Translations under genes and position numbers: made by a program
Shown here: in pieces, positions 39,537-53,500 of the stretch
How the letters are laid out: each line of letters starts with the position of its first letter
Position numbering within the stretch: the first letter of the stretch is position 1
Notes under the pieces: generated by a model
Database searches by the model: none
What the model saw: the letters and a program-made list of their open reading frames with translations, nothing else
Told to the model about the DNA's origin: nothing
Assembly: GCA_051294375.1 (NCBI GenBank)
Contig: CM119269.1
Coordinates: 18,774,471-18,838,470 of the forward strand
Direction of reading: 5' to 3'
Source: Paraspadella gotoi
Taxonomy: Eukaryota; Animalia; Chaetognatha
Length of the DNA stretch: 64,000 nt

Positions 39537-39996
39537 GAGAGAGAGAGAGAGAAAGATAGAGAATAAATCCACGAAAATCTCGGATGAAAATATGGGATTT
39601 TGTATTGAAAAAAAGCGCGGAATAAATGGTAATAATAAAAGTTTTTAGAAGGAAAAAAATAATCAGAATTTTTCAAAAAACAAACGATCACGCAGAGATC
39701 GGACAGAGAGGGACAGACACACACAGAGAGAAAAAAAGAGAGAGAGAGACAGCCGCTGCAAGAGAAAAGAGGAGAAGAAAGAGCGATATATAATAATTAA
39801 AAGAGAGAGAAAGAGAGAAGCTCTACAGCCCCTTTACTCGTTAAAGAATCAGCAGTACCACATGGCGCTGGACGTAGTGTGAGCTTTTCTTTTACCCAAG
39901 GACCCGGATTCGCACCCTGTTCGCGGCATCGTTTTTTACATTAGTGAGCCCACATTATATCTAAAATTTTTTTTAAAAAGAAAAAAAAGAAAAAAA

Positions 39997-40057
<61 letters not shown>

Positions 40058-40552
40058 AGCTGAGAGAGAAATCAGAAGAAGCAGTGACGGAGAAAAAGAG
40101 AGAGAGAGAGAGCGACATATATTTAAAAGAAAGAGAGAGAGAGAGCGACATATAAATTAAACGTTTTGTTTTGTAAATAAAACATAAACAAAACAATACG
40201 AATATTGATATGAAACATGAGAATTTTAAAGATCTTGATCTTAGAAGCCATATATGAAATTTCAACTCCCTTTGATATCACACTTTCAGAAGCCATGATT
40301 GCAAAAAAGCGTGACCGAAAGCTAAACCGAATCAAAATCGATAATAGAGGATATTTGTTTGTTTTGATAAAATGTAAACAAAACATTTAATAACTGTCCT
40401 GACTCAATTTTAAGGACATCGATGAGGACAAGCTGAATATAAATTAATAATTAAATTATTAATTAATTAATTAATTATCTATTAATTAATTAATTAATCT
40501 ATTGATTAATTAATTATCGTAGGCAGATCCGACACTTGTTTGCTCAAACTTG
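37873..40552 (+). mobile_element. Helentron/DINE-like element family 1, full length
   Basis: 5' TTTTTAGTCGGATCTGC-TTATCA-GCAG.TCCGACT, (GTCC)n, internal tandem repeats, 3' GCAGATCCGAC + GTTTGCTCAAAC hairpin + TTGTTTT. Confidence 0.8.
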
Positions 40553-40747
40553 TTTTATAGTCATTCGTTTTACTTTAATACTTCAGGTAGCCAATTCCGG
40601 TAAACACTTCAATTAACATATTTTGAATTGACCTTTTTCATGGATGCAATAACAAACAAAACATCAGTTCAATTGAATTTAGAATCATTTTGTAGTTTCT
40701 TTCATTTTCGTTGCGTTTGAGATTAGAATGAAAAGTTTAATTAATTA

Positions 40748-41093
40748 CTTATTTTCACTATGGAGTATCAGTGCATAAGAAACAAACAATTTTCAATTTT
40801 TTGCTTATTTTTCGACTTAATTTCTAATTTCTAAGTGGCTAAAAAAGACAAAACAAGAAAATGTAATAAATTTAAAAAAAAAGAAAGGTTAACCATAGAG
40901 AAAGAGAAAGAGAAAGTGTGTTTAAGTCAAAAGTCAAATGGACCAAATGACCGAAAACCCAAGAAAGGTTGCCCCCCCCCTCCAATCATGAAAGACTGAG
41001 TTCCAGGCGTCCAGGCGAACTCAGTCGAAATATATGGAATAAAATTGAAATTTTTCTGTTTCTTATGCACTGATACTCCATAGTGAAAATAAG
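40748..41093. mobile_element. TA-flanked MITE with ~50-bp TIRs
   Basis: CTTATTTTCACTATGGAGTATCAGTGCATAAGAAACA and its exact reverse complement. Confidence 0.85.
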
Positions 41094-43239
41094 TATTTAA
41101 TTAAGCATTCTATTAGTGCATGTGATGTCATCAAAGCAAGGAGAAAAATTTTTTTTAGTGTTTACAAACAACAGTTTTTAAAATAAAATTCGTTGTTTGT
41201 AAAGATAAAAAAAAAACCCTTCCCTCCTACGTTTATAATCCAATTAAATCTAATTAAAAAAAAAAAATCGCTGATTAAAAAAAAAAGTTCATCTTTGGTT
41301 GGTTTGGTTGCCTCGTCTCTTCTTTGCAAATTTATAATCAATGTTTCGGAGGGCTTTGTTGTTTTTTTTTTGGTTGTTGTCGTCGTCGACGTTGTTGTTC
41401 TCTTGTCGTCGCGTCGTCATCCGCCATCTTCCGCCGCCAGCGAAAATCCCGCGCTTCATTACCGCCTCTTGTTTTTTTAATCAGGCCTTTTGTTTGACGG
41501 AGGAAAGAGGGGGGGAGTGGAGGAGAAGGGCTGGGGACAGAGGAAGAAGGAAGAAAATCTGAGGAGAATCTGATAAATTTTGAGGAAAAGAGAGAAAATT
41601 AAAGCGTTTCTAAAGGGGAGAAAATGGCTGCCGGAGTTTGAAAGGATTTCTTGAAAAGATGCTTAATTTAAACAAGTCGACGCCATTCTGCGAATGAAAT
41701 GTGACGAAAGATTGAAAGGGAAGATAGAAAAGATGGGGGGGGGGCGTGGCGGAAAAGAAAGTCATTCGAAAAAGGACAACACAAATGGGGCCTTTGTTAA
41801 GAGAAAGTTTGGAAGGATTTTAATCCCATCGGAACAGATAGCTGTTGCGCAGCTGTCTTTTCTGTTCTGTTCTGCTGGCTGGTATCTTCTTCTCTTTCAC
41901 CCATGATAGATGGGCAAGTTACCTGGCCGTTTATCATGTTATTTAAAATATTTTTACATTTCCTGATAGGAAATGATGTCAATATTGTTAATACAATATT
42001 TCAAATCAATCGATCCTCGCGTTTAGAAATAATTCACATAAAAGGGTCATTTTCCACGCACAATTTTTAAAACAAATTGCGTTCGATAAATTTTCTTTTC
42101 GGTTCCACTCAAATTTTTAACTTCCGCCGAGTGACTTAATTGACAATAAAAAAATTTATTTTTTTAGATATCTTTTGAACCAAAAATGATAGAATGATGG
42201 GTCAGGTGTCTAATTAAAGCCCTAATTATTGGGCATCTTTTCCATATAATTTTTCTTGAACGTTTCAGAGGATTTTTTTAAATCTGGATCGGAATCTTAG
42301 TCAAAAGTATAACAACATTTAAAATTAATTTAAACACACTTGGCCAAATTTCAAAAAATAAAAAAATAAAGATTCTGAAAGAGAAAAGTTTGAATATTGT
42401 TTGTGATATAAGCGAAATTTTTCTTTGCTTCACACGTATATGTAAATACTAAGAATAATAAATTATCATTTTGATGAAAAGAAAAAATAAGCAAATTTTA
42501 TGTAGTAACCATAAAAAATATATTATTTAAATATGAAAATTAAGGAGTTAAAACTTTGTTTTGGCTAATTTAATAGGGCTAAAAGGCTCTAATATCAGAA
42601 TTATTAATTTGGTGCGAACAATTTTTATTAAAAAAAACCACTGCAGCCTTTCAATAACATGCAAATGAATGTTGCTGTATGGTGAAATTGTTGTTTTCAT
42701 TTTACCCTATAATACAAGTCTTTTATCAATAAAGAGGTAAATTACAAAGAAAATAAGGTATTTTAAGGCTCCATATTGATACTATAATATCAATGAATTT
42801 TCTTTGTTCCGGCAACGAAATGTACCTAAAACATTGTAGTTTCATTCATTCATAAAAATTTAAAGGGCATGTTTGGCAAAAACAGTAAGAAACAAAAATG
42901 ACAACAAATTATGACGTCAATTTCATTTTTTATCTGCTTGAAAGACAGCCTAAACCCAACAGAATCAAAATCAGAACAAGACCACTGCAAATATATTTGA
43001 CTTCAACAGTAAAAACCGCAAAATATAAAAAAATTAAAAAGAAATCCTATTGAAAGCCGTGTTTTCTTTTTAGTATTTTTTGGACAAGACCTTTATGTAT
43101 TTTTTTTGTTCCGGCTGAGTTGGATAGCTCAAACTCTGTATTTTCGAAAACTATCCATGCTTTTGAAATATTTTCTGCGCTACTGGTACAAAAATTGCTA
43201 GGAACCAAAGTTATCGAAAACCGGTTCGTTCTTTCTTTG

Positions 43240-43390
43240 TGGATAATGCGCTAAGTGGGGCTGAAGAGTCCTATCCGCAACATCTTTCTCTAGCAGCCAT
43301 GGAACGGGTCCTGGGCTTGGAACCAAGCTTGAGGGTTTTCCACGCTCCCAAGGGTGGGTACCGGGTTGGGATTGAACCCAGTACCTAGTG
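43240..43390 (-). mobile_element. tRNA-derived SINE-like fragment
   Basis: Minus-strand B-box GGGTTCAATCCC followed by a GC-rich body; abuts a TIR fragment (GGTGAACCTAGGCAATGCCCGACTACA, 43398-43424). Confidence 0.45.
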
Positions 43391-44766
43391 GTAATGAGGT
43401 GAACCTAGGCAATGCCCGACTACATATTTACCCATGTCATGGATTCGACTTCGAGATTTTATTACCTAAAACGAAACAAAACGAATCAATTCATTTAGAA
43501 AATAAATCTTTCTGATTTTATCATCGAAAAAAAAAAACTTGCTGCGGTATTATTTCATACCCCGCTACTCTTCCAAGAATCAGCATCATCCGAAAACGGA
43601 GCATTTCAAACTAAATTTTCAAAATTCCAATTTCTTTCGCCGTTTTTTCCCCCGTGATTCGACGCCATCTTTTGTCCTCGTCACGATCGCGTTCTTTTTT
43701 TTTTCTGGCGACCGGAAGTCGCTGCCAGGATAGCAAGATTCAAATTTTCAGTTCCAGTCAGAAAAAAGGAATTCATCTCTTCCCACCTTTTCTCAATCCC
43801 CAAAAACCCCGTGGGTGTCACCTGTTACAGTTTTCAGCGGTGCACGACCCAATGTCTAAGTCGAGTAGCTGTCGGTTCTTCGTTTCTCTTCTGAAGGACG
43901 CTTGCAGGTCTCATGGTGAGCAAAGTCGACCTTCGACGCTTTCGTCGACGGTACAATTTGTTGGGGACCCGAATTTTTTTTCGGTTTCACAATTTTCGAC
44001 TGCGGGTTCAGCATTTAACATTTAACATTCAACATTTACGAAAAATTTCGATCTTCTTCAGGACTGTCTCAGGCGGGTGTTGTTCTGTGTCTAACGGAGG
44101 GATAAGGGTGCGGCGTTAACTTGACGGTCAACCTTAGTTACTCAATAGTAACAAATGCAAATGAAGATCGAGGATCGAAATATCAAGAAATTGAAATTGA
44201 AATTGAAGAAGCTGCGTCGTCGATCGAACGAAACTCCAACATCAAAGGATCTGCTGTAACCAGTGAATACAATAAAAACAACAACATTGATCGGTGAAAG
44301 CGACGGCGAACGTGTGAACGCATCGTGATTTTACATGAGAAAATCTTCAACTGTGATGCGGCTGTTGTTGTTGTTGTAGTGGAAGGGATTGGCATAAACA
44401 GTTTTATCTCAAAGGTGAACTGTAGAAATTAACTAATATAAGGCGGAATTTGAAGTAATGAAAATTAGTTTGTGTTTATTTGAATCCAGGGATCTACTAT
44501 ATTTAGTGGTTTACTAACCAAGGTTAGATATTATTTTGCCACAGTGGAATGAGATTTCATTTAAGACTTGTCGAGGCGAACCACTATTGCCAGGCACGCC
44601 AAAACTTAACCGATGTTGTCAGCTTGTGCCCCGGCGCCATTACACGTCGTTGCACGCAGAGAGAGAGAGAGAGAGAGAGACGCCCCCGCACGCCGTCGCA
44701 CGCTCCGCTTTCTGCTTGGGGGCAATCTTCTAATTTGCATAAAGAAATGTGAAAAGAAAGCGTCCG

Positions 44767-44840
<74 letters not shown>

Positions 44841-45215
44841 CTCGCTTTCTCTCGCTCTCGCTTTCTCACTCTTTCTATCTTTATATGTTTATGTCTCATT
44901 TTCTTTCCATTATATTTTTTCTCTCGAGATTCACGTAGCGTTTTTAATCTGATCTTTTCTTCCGCTTTTCGTCGCTGTCTTTGCCTCTTTCCTTCTGTTT
45001 CTGTTTGTCTATCTACGTATAGTATATCTTTTGTATCTGTATTTCTATTTGTCTGTAGGTTCATCTGTCTGTATTTTTCCTCAAGTTTTCTTCCAACCGG
45101 ATCGAAGACGCATTGTATTGACGTCAGCGTAGGATGAATTATAATTAACCAGCGACAATTTCTCAGAAAAAAAAAAACATGGAATGAAGTTATAAATCTT
45201 CAGAGAGAGAGAGAG

Positions 45216-45247
<32 letters not shown>

Positions 45248-46507
45248 AGAGAAAAAAAAAATTTAATGAAAACTTTCTCAAAAGCGAAGACAATGGGCCG
45301 TTGGGTCTTGCAATCGAGTGACTAATTAACCGATTTCTATGTTTAATTTTGTTACTAAGATTCTCTACGTGTACTAATATCCTTTTTTTTCTAAATAGGC
45401 TAATGACTAGTAGCTATTGAGGGAAATACAACGAATGAGAGCATCGTCATGGCGACCGAGAGAAACCGAGAGGGAAACCCATGTCTCTTCATTTTTCTTC
45501 GATGAGATTTTCAATTTCCCCCGCGTCGCCTCTGAACGATCGATTGTAGTACTACCGACATTGAAGATAAACAATTACGATGACATGGTCAATGGTCACG
45601 GACCATCAATGAGTTGATGACGAAGACGAAAAATACAATTTAAGATGAAGACGACGACGATGATGACGACGACGTTGATGATGACGTCGAAGACCATTGT
45701 ATCAGGCGTCGACAACAAAACCAAAACGACCGAGGAGCGAGACGACGCAATCAAAGTAGCGGCGCTTAAAACCGAAAGTTGCGGCGCTCCAGACCCAAAG
45801 TTTGCCACTCCTGTTGCCGATAATTGCCACGCCCAAAGACTGAAAAATGGGGACGTGGAGACTGCGATGGCCGATGACGAGAATGTGATCCGCTCTCCGC
45901 GAACTATCGCCTCGTCAATTATTTAGTAGATGTCTCATGAATCGGGGAAAACGACGGCGACGAAAGGCGGTATTGTGTATTGCGTCCACACTTCACGCTC
46001 TACACTCCGCAGTATCGACATTAACAAATCCAAGTTGCTCCTCAATACAATTTTTACATGACAAAGATCGGACTCCCCAAATCGCAGCGGGAAGTGGAGG
46101 AACCCGGAATTTCGTGGTGAGGGTTTCTCGTGGCTGCAACAACATTGTTCCTAATTTGTTTTCATTTTCTTTCCTTATTCTCTGGGGGCCCATCTAATCC
46201 TCGGCCGGTCTTTTCCCTTCTTTTTTTTTCTCCCCTCGCTCCTTCTTTTCTTCCAACTTTTCTCACTTTCTTTTTTTATCTTCCTTTCTCTCTTCTCCTT
46301 TTCCTATCTTTTCTTATTTTTTTCTTCCAACTTCTCTTCCTTTAATTTCACATTTTTTTCCTTCCACTTTCGCTTTTGTATTGAATTTTTAAGCCTTTTG
46401 GCTCCTTATGTTTTTCTTTGTTCATTCAGTCTATTTTCTCCGGTTCTTCTCTTTTCTACCTTCCAGTTTCCTTCATTTCCTTCTTTTCCCATGAAGAAAG
46501 CCATTAA

Positions 46508-46547
<40 letters not shown>

Positions 46548-46822
46548 CTCCTCGTCTTCTCTCTTCTCTCTCATCTCCTCTCTCTTCGTTTCTCTCTCTC
46601 TCTCTTATCAAATTTTGTTTCGATCCTTATCTTTTACGGAGTACGTCATTGACCACAAAATGGTTTCATGCCGAATATAAATTGAAAATTCAGAGTTGAT
46701 ATATTTTAATTTAATTGAATACGTAGAATACATAAAATAAAAGAAAGAGAGAAGAAATCAAATCAAGAAAAATACAGCCAAAAGGAAAGAAAGAAAGAAA
46801 GAAAGAAAGAAAGAAGAAAGAC

Positions 46823-46858
<36 letters not shown>

Positions 46859-46865
46859 CAATAAG

Positions 46866-47204
46866 AACAAGAACGGTTATTCCAATGTGTTGCGCCGCAG
46901 TGACTTTATTTTAACGTGTATTTCCCTTTGATCGCATTATATGACATGACATGACATGATTAAAAAACTTTCTTCGCTCGTATTTATTCCTTATAGTTTT
47001 AGGAATTCCTGAAGGCGGGAAGTCCCTTTGATTTGAGGTTTTTTCTGTCATAACAAACGAGCTATCAACTATAGGCAAATTATATGCATTTTTAACGTAA
47101 GTGGGACAGACCAACAGACAGACATACCGACTGACAGACCGACCGACCGAAAAGTGACTAGAGTTAAGTTGAGTTGCTCCGCTAGTAATCGCGGCGCAAC
47201 TGAA
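46866..47204 (-). mobile_element. Helentron/DINE-like element family 2
   Basis: Homologous to 5906-6262; GTTGCGCCGC / GCGGCGCAAC subTIRs; (GACC)n. Confidence 0.72.
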
Positions 47205-47627
47205 ACGAAAGAAACCTAAAACAACATTAAAATAAAAAATGTTTCAAATTAAATAAAGGAAAAAAAAAAACCCGACATCGCCCAGAAACTTGATTTCATT
47301 TTCCAAACGTTCGTCGCCGTAGTTGTCGTCGTAGTTGTCGCCGTCGTCATTTTTTTTGGGGGCAATCGGCAGGAAAGGCGAAAAAATCTCAATAGTTGCA
47401 ATGGTTACGGTCTTCGCCTTGGGCGTCGTTGCCGTCAACAATCGACGTTGCATTTGGAAGAAATTGTAGTCGATCGTCGTCTGGGTTTTCGTCTCAGTTT
47501 TCGTCGTCATCAAAACAATAGTTTAGACCAATAATCTTTGTCACATATATGTGATATTAGATAAACAAGACTTGACCGTCTTTGACTCTCTACATTCCCA
47601 AGTTTTTTTGTCGTGGTCGTCGTCGTG

Positions 47628-47659
<32 letters not shown>

Positions 47660-47757
47660 TTTGGCATCACCATTATCGTTCGTCGCTGCATCGATTCGTT
47701 GGAAGGCGTTGTAGAAATCGCCCATTGAAAGGAAGACGGGAATACTGACTTGTTTGC

Positions 47758-47842
<85 letters not shown>

Positions 47843-48770
47843 CTCGTCATTTCGGTTTCGCCTAAAAAATTCGGGTGAACGTACTCTTCAAGGTCTGGGA
47901 CATTGGACAACGACCCAAAACGTAGACGACTACACCTAGAATAACGACTGTATAGGACAAGGACATATCAATCATATGATAAAACGACATTAGTTTTCAT
48001 TACAATATTCTCATATTTTCAGTTGCTGAGCGGAAGAGGATTTTTTTAGAAATTAAGGTTTCGATTAACAATTATATTAACAAGTGTATTCAAATAACGT
48101 AGTATAAAAACCTACTTACGGTTCAATTTTCATCGTCGTCGTCGTCGTCGTCGTCGTCGTCCATAAACTCTAAACTTAAAATCCGGGTCTTTGATCTTTT
48201 CTCCATCGCCCCTCCCTCATGCCCCTTACTCTAGAAAAAGAAAATTAAAAAAAAAAACTTAACGGAACTCATGACGCAAGGACCACGCATGCGCGTTCCC
48301 CGTCAGATCGATTGACGCAACTTCTCGTTGAAGAGGAACCGAATGAACGGTTCGTTGTCCGTCGAATCGCGAAAATGTGTCGACAAAAGGGAATCGCCCT
48401 CAACTTGTAGGCGAACAAAAAAATGAGAAATGATATGAGAAATGATATGAGGATTTCACTTTTCTAATTAAATTAATTATTAAACGAATGCTGTCCCACT
48501 CAATTTAATTTTCCCGCGTAGTCGAAGTCGCTGATCAAAATTCGAATTGTACATCGCGAACAATCTTGTACTAATGAACATTTACGTATTTATAATAAAA
48601 TTATATTTTTAATTTTAAAATTTTTCGCATTTGGCCATAGGTGCCCTTTTTACTTCTTAAATTATTTTATTTCAAATTTGTTCTTTCTTAGTTTGAAAAG
48701 AAGAAATATCTAAATTCCTCATAAAAAGTTGATAGGTGAAAATTAACAAAAAAGATTTTGAAGTACTATG

Positions 48771-49337
48771 CAGTAAGGCGGGCCAAAATTGATCACTTTT
48801 TATCATTAAGAGTTCTGTAATATAAAATTCATTAGTCCATCATATACTTAATCAATATTTACTATCACTTTTTTAACTAGTGAAGCACAGTATAACATTA
48901 AAGCATTTAAATATTTATCAATACATAGGCAATGAAAAATTAAAAAAAAAAAAATTTTTAAGAACGGATTCAGATAGCCCATAAAAAGTTGTCTACACAA
49001 AGTATAACGCGTTTTTCAATAATTCGATGATAAGTGGGTCAAATAATGGAAAAACTTTTTAAAATCATCATTATCAATATCATCATCATCATTGTACCAT
49101 AATTTTTATAGTTTTGTTAATTTTAACCAATAAAACATAAAAAATTGGAAATCTTGTAGTAATATTTTTTATTTACTTTTTCAATCTCTGCCCGATAAAC
49201 TTTAAATGCTTCTATGTAGTATGTTATTAACTATATATAAAATCTTATTTTTTTAAAAAATTTCATCATCCCACAGGGATGCTCTAACGTTATTTATATT
49301 ACAGAACTCTTAGTTATTACTTTGTTCCGCCTTACTA
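48771..49337. mobile_element. Possible TIR MITE
   Basis: CAGTAAGGCGGGCCAAA / TTTGTTCCGCCTTACTA imperfect inverted pair. Confidence 0.45.
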
Positions 49338-49598
49338 TGCAGTCCTATCCAAAAAAAAAGCATAGTATTAAAGCGTTGATAGGTACAAGGCTTCTCAAGT
49401 GTTCACGATTCATTATTCACATTTTAATTAGGATTGGGATTGCTTTTAATTTTTTTACTAGGCCGCCCTGTTTTCCTGTTCACCGCTACCACCCTTTGTA
49501 TCTCCCTCTCCCGATTCGCCCTTTCCCCTCTGAGAAGTGAAACGGACTCGGACGCCTCCGCGATCGGGGCGGAAACCATTTCGCCACCGAAACGGGCT

Positions 49599-49641
<43 letters not shown>

Positions 49642-50205
49642 GTTCGCTTTTTGATTTGGGATCGTCTTCTCCTTTAACGTCTTACGTCGTTTTTCCCGTC
49701 GGTGTAATCGATGGGCGTCGTCGCATTGAGAGAGAGAGAGAGAGAGAGAGGAATGGCGGAGTTCGACGGTTGGTGTCATGGGCGTTGTCGTTCGTTTAAA
49801 AGAGGGGCCGCCGACTTACCCGAGGCAGAGACGAGAAAACTTACCTTCGACGCTTCGCTTCGCGTCGATAAAATAATAGTAAAAAAAATCAGGTGAGTTG
49901 CATAAAATCGGAGATGAAATATCGAACAAAACTTAATATAATTTTCAATTATTATACAATTATCCTTCATTTATTTATATACATAATAATTATATGAGTT
50001 TTGAAAATCTGTTATGCGCTTGGGAACTCTCTTAGCAAGTGGAAACATAGTTTTTACACTCAAGTAAAAAACTTTGCAATTGATATAAACAAACAAACAA
50101 AAAAAACACAAAAAAAAAAAAAAGAAACAAAAAAAAAAAAAACAAACTTGGTCGCATTTTCTTGAAAATAATACTAAAACTTTGTTGCTTGGATATTCCT
50201 AATTC

Positions 50206-50215
50206 NNNNNNNNNN
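50206..50215. other. Assembly gap (10 N)
   Basis: Run of N next to a (GA)n tract. Confidence 1.
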
Positions 50216-50348
50216 AGAGAGAGAGAGAGATGAAAAGATATATGCAGAAATGGGGGAAAAAGGAAGAAAGTCGACAAATAGGAAGAGGAATCATAGTGAG
50301 TGTGGGAAGGGTAACTGAGGTGGGAGAACTGTATTCGATTCTCAACAG

Positions 50349-50562
50349 CTGTCAACTTATTTCTATTTCAGCCGCGCCACACAATTTTAACCACAACCAT
50401 CAGGTAAATTGACCACTTTCATATTAATTATCTTAATCATAATAATCATCGAAACGTAGCTCTTCAAAAATGATTTTGTGGCAAATAATGATTATAATAA
50501 TGCCACAATTTACAAATTTATAAATGTGAAAATTTAAGTTTGAAATTTAAGATTTTGTGGCA

Positions 50563-50595
<33 letters not shown>

Positions 50596-53500
50596 TCCAC
50601 AATTTACAAGTTTATATATGTTAAAATGTAAGTTCTTAAATTTTGTTTCGATATCCGATAATTGCTTTGAAAAGTTTTACGAATGCGATTGTTGTATGGT
50701 TGTCCTATTCATATATTTATATATTATTTTACTGGATTCGATTTTTTTCTTAATTCTGACCTTTTCTTTAAAATTTTCTTTCCGCCCAGCATTTCTTGGA
50801 TCGCAGAGATCTGGAGGAGCGAGGAGAGAAACTTTGCAAGAAATGTCCGGTTGTTCTCAACCACCTGACGTGCAGCACGGGCTACAAAGCCATCTACGGC
50901 CCTTTGCAGAAAGACTGCCGCTGCGTCAAAGCTTACAAGTGTTGTGAAAAGTGCAAAGCGCTCACAGAGAAAGACAAGAAAAAGTGTAAACCTGGTAGGT
51001 GTCTCTGGTTTCGAATTAGTATTACAAAATAATGTATAAGTTTTTAAATTTCGAGTGTGATTTTTTATGCACCGTTTTATATTCTTATATTTAATATAAC
51101 TATTTCACAATTTTTTTTTTTATTAGGTAAATATATTCCAAAAAGAATCCACGATTGTTGTGGATGCGAACAGATCGTGTGCAAACCTTGTCCGGAGTTC
51201 CTTCTACCTGGTCCAGGAAGTAAGTAAGACAAACGGGGCAATAAGTCAGGGGCAAGATAGCTTATTTATTTAAAAAAATGGATCATTTTTATTTTTGTTT
51301 GTACAAATTTCATATTCCCCTCTTTCCATTCCTCCAACTTTCTCACCCCGGCCCTTGCCCCCTTCTCCAGAGGATGTCCCTGTAGACTTCGAAAACGCAA
51401 CAAAACTTACCACCAACGACAAAGTAAACAAACCAAAACCCGAAGATGTTTTCAATAACGACAAACCATTCAAGATTAAGCCTGGAAAAGCCGTCATCGC
51501 CAAGCTCGACCTGCCAGTGCACGTAAGCAAAGTCACCATCACTGGTCCAGAAGATCCGAAAAAAGCCCCAAACAAGTTTACCCTCCTCGTGTCTAAAGAC
51601 AAGAAGTGCACAAAATGGGTCAAGATTGTCATGCGAGTGAGAAACTTTGATAAACCAAACCAGAAAAAATCTTTTTCCATTCCGAACATGAGGCGGAGAA
51701 CCAGTTGGTGTGTCGCGCTGAAAATCGACAAGAAGCCCAAGACTACGCCTTCGCCCCCAACCACTACGGCTCCCCCCACCACTATGGCTCCTCCAACCAC
51801 CATGCCCCCACCTACAACCGAACAACCCACTTCACCCGGTGCAACTGGAGGAAGCCCAAATACAGCACCCTCCCAACCTACGGGCCCACCAAGCGTTACT
51901 ACCCCTCAGGCAACTACTACCACCACGCTTGGGAAACCTGGTGAACCAGGCGGAAATGGTGGACCAGGTGGACCGGGGGGTCCAGGAGGACCTGGAGGCC
52001 CTGGCGGACCGGGTGGACCAACCACCACTTCTGGACCTACAACAACTACAACCACAAATTTGCCAGGTAAACCAGGTGGACCGGGTGGACCACTCGGAAA
52101 TGGAGGGCCAGGTGGACCTGGAGGGCCAGGTGGACCTGGAGGTCCTGGGGGTCCTGCAGGGCCTGGAGGACCGGGTGGACCTGGAGGACCAACTACCACT
52201 CCTGGACCTACTACAACTACTTCTACTAATATACCTGGTAAACCAGGTGGGCCTGGTGGTCCACTTGGCAATGCTGGACCAGGAGGACCGGGAGGACCAG
52301 GAGGACCTGGAGGACCTGGTGGACCTGCTGGACCTGGAGGACCGGGTGGACCTGGAGGACCACTACCACTCCTGGACCTACTACAACTACTTCTACTAAT
52401 AAAGCTGGTGAACCAGGTGGTCCTGGTGGTCCACTTGGAAATGGAGGACCAGGAGGACCGGAGGACCAGGCGGCCTGGAGGACCTGGAGGACCTGCTGGC
52501 CTGGAGGACCGGTGGACCTGGAGGACCAACTACCACTCCTGGACCTACTACAACACTTCTACTAATATAACCTGGTAACCAGGTGGGCCTGGTGGTCCAC
52601 TTGGGAAATGAGGACCAGGAGGACGCGGAGGACCAGGTGGACCTGGAGGACCTGGAGGACCTGCTGGACCTGGAGGACCGGGTGGACCTGGAGGACCAAC
52701 TACCACTCCTGGACCTACTACAACTACTTCTACTAATAAAGCTGGTGAACCAGGTGGGCCTGGTGGTCCACTTGGAAATGGAGGACCAGGAGGACCGGGA
52801 GGACCAGGTGGTCCTGGAGGACCTGGAGGACCTGCTGGACCTGGAGGACCGGGTGGACCTGGAGGACAACTACCACTCCTGGACCTACTACAACCACTTC
52901 TACTAATATACTGGTCAACCAGGTGGGCCTGGTGGTCCACTTGAAAAATGGGGACAGGAGGACCGGGAGACGCAGGTGGACCTGGAGGACCAGGTGGGCC
53001 TGGTGGCCCTGGAGGACCAGGAGGCCCAGGCGGACCATACACTACGGTTAAACCTGAAAAAACTACTACCCCAAATGGACCACCTGGAAAAACAACTACC
53101 CCAAATGGACCACCTGGAAGTGTTACTATCATACCTGTTCCAACTACAACTAAAAAGCCTGGCACCCCTGGAGGACCTGGCGGACCTGGAGGCCCTGGAG
53201 GACCAAATGGACCTGGAGGACCTGGTGGTCCTGGCGGACCGGGTGGACCTGGAGGACCAACTACCACTCCTGGATCTACTACAACTACTTCTACTAATAT
53301 ACCTGGTCAACCAGGTGGTCCTGGTGGTCCACTTGGAAATGGAGGACCAGGAGGACCTGGAGGACCAGGCGGACCTGGAGGACCTGGAGGACCTGGAGGA
53401 CCGGGTGGACCTGGAGGACCAACTACCACTCCTGGACCTACTACAACTACTTCTACTAATAAAGCTGGTGAACCAGGTGGGCCTGGTGGTCCACTTGGAA

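Noticed and set aside
44536-45293. ORFs with (ER)n/(SL)n, also near 16660, 35900, 39070, 47760
   Set aside because: Translations of (GA/CT)n microsatellites.
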